Below, one piece after another: positions 63,062 through 64,000 of a DNA stretch of 64,000 nucleotides. The stretch comes from Schmidtea polychroa (lineage: Eukaryota): the NCBI GenBank assembly GCA_044892525.1, contig CM097885.1:3040001-3104000 (forward strand). Direction: 5' to 3'. A model generated the notes under the pieces. The model was not told the origin of the DNA. It saw nothing but the letters and a program-made list of their open reading frames with translations, and made no database searches. The position numbers were made by a program, and so were the translations under genes. The stretch's first letter is position 1, and each line of letters begins with the position of its first letter.

Positions 63062-64000
63062 ATTTTGAACAATAAATACTTTAAATAAATGCGTGCTTTA
63101 TTGCTGTCTTTTAGTTCTTTGGTAAATCCTTCAAAGCGTATATTTTGTCAAGTAATATTATGAAAATGACAAAGTAGTTATAGGAAGCTGCTTGATGACT
63201 TATTTCCTATGAACGTGTCAGTATGGCATGAAGCTTATATATCACATTCCCACAAAAGGAGGAAATATGTCTAATTCACTGATCTACATGACCCTCAAAA
63301 TGTACTACATGACCTTGGAATAGTCCAGTTTTATCGTTATGCGATATTTATAGATTTGCGTTTCAATAAATATAAAAATATTGATAAGCTCTAACTGCCC
63401 ACATTTCTGCTATAATTAAAACAAATTTATTATCCAATCAGATCATTCAAAGGATGGCCAACCAATTGACAATTTTATCAACACTAAGTTTCATATTTTC
63501 AAATCAAATTGCGGGTTAATAATGATATTACCTGATTTTATTTATAATTATTTATATGTATAATGTATGAACGATAACAACAACCCAAATAAATATATAT
63601 TTAAGACCACCATGAGTAGGTATTTATTAGCGCCCTGCATCACAACCATTTTGTGTTAATCCCTTCTAGGAAAACTTATTTTGTTGCTGCAGAGGGCTCC
63701 CGTATATTATTTATAAACAAAATTGAAAACAAATAATAAAACTAACTATGGCATTTTAAAAAGTAATTGTTAAAAACATTATCGTTCCGGTTGTTTCCAA
63801 AACATTTAATGAGAAAACAAAACGTAGTAAGAAAAGTAGGAAAAGTAAGAAAGGGAACAAACAAACTAAGATATGGTTAAATTATAAACAATCTAGCCAG
63901 TTAACTAATGATAGTAATGAAATTTGAACAGAGTTTACCAAATTTTAATGCCTTAATAAAAAGAAGTAATTGTAAATGTGGTACGTTACTATATATGGGC

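Overview
Very AT-rich eukaryotic DNA with abundant (ATT)n microsatellites and short introns, resembling a planarian/flatworm genome (inference). It is dominated by nested mobile elements. (1) A ~32.6-kb foldback element (3575-36217) has AGT...ACT termini and a 6-bp TSD (GAAAAG), the hallmarks of Polinton/Maverick ends, but no pPolB, integrase or capsid genes. Its two ~8-kb arms are inverted copies around a 724-bp spacer. (2) Inserted in its left arm is an intact 15.3-kb Ty3/Gypsy-type element (5445-20745) with apparently identical 1077-bp LTRs, a TATG TSD and a tRNA-Trp PBS. Its single 3495-aa ORF reads Gag(4xCCHC), two ubiquitin-like domains, AT-hook, Bcl-2-like domain, chuvirus-like envelope glycoprotein, PR, RT, RNaseH, IN, and an FN3-like membrane protein. 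A second ORF has a REX4/ISG20-like exonuclease fold. A decayed relative lies at 48.3-53.3 kb. (3) The left flank holds a TBP-like pseudogene split by a pogo/Tigger element, plus small orphan ORFs. (4) The right part holds four astacin metalloprotease genes, a hAT fossil with nested Helitron and MITE, Penelope remnants with hammerhead ribozyme motifs, and a BEL/Pao element whose LTRs contain a captured DUSP12-like phosphatase fragment. All domain calls are by eye from motifs; no database search was run.
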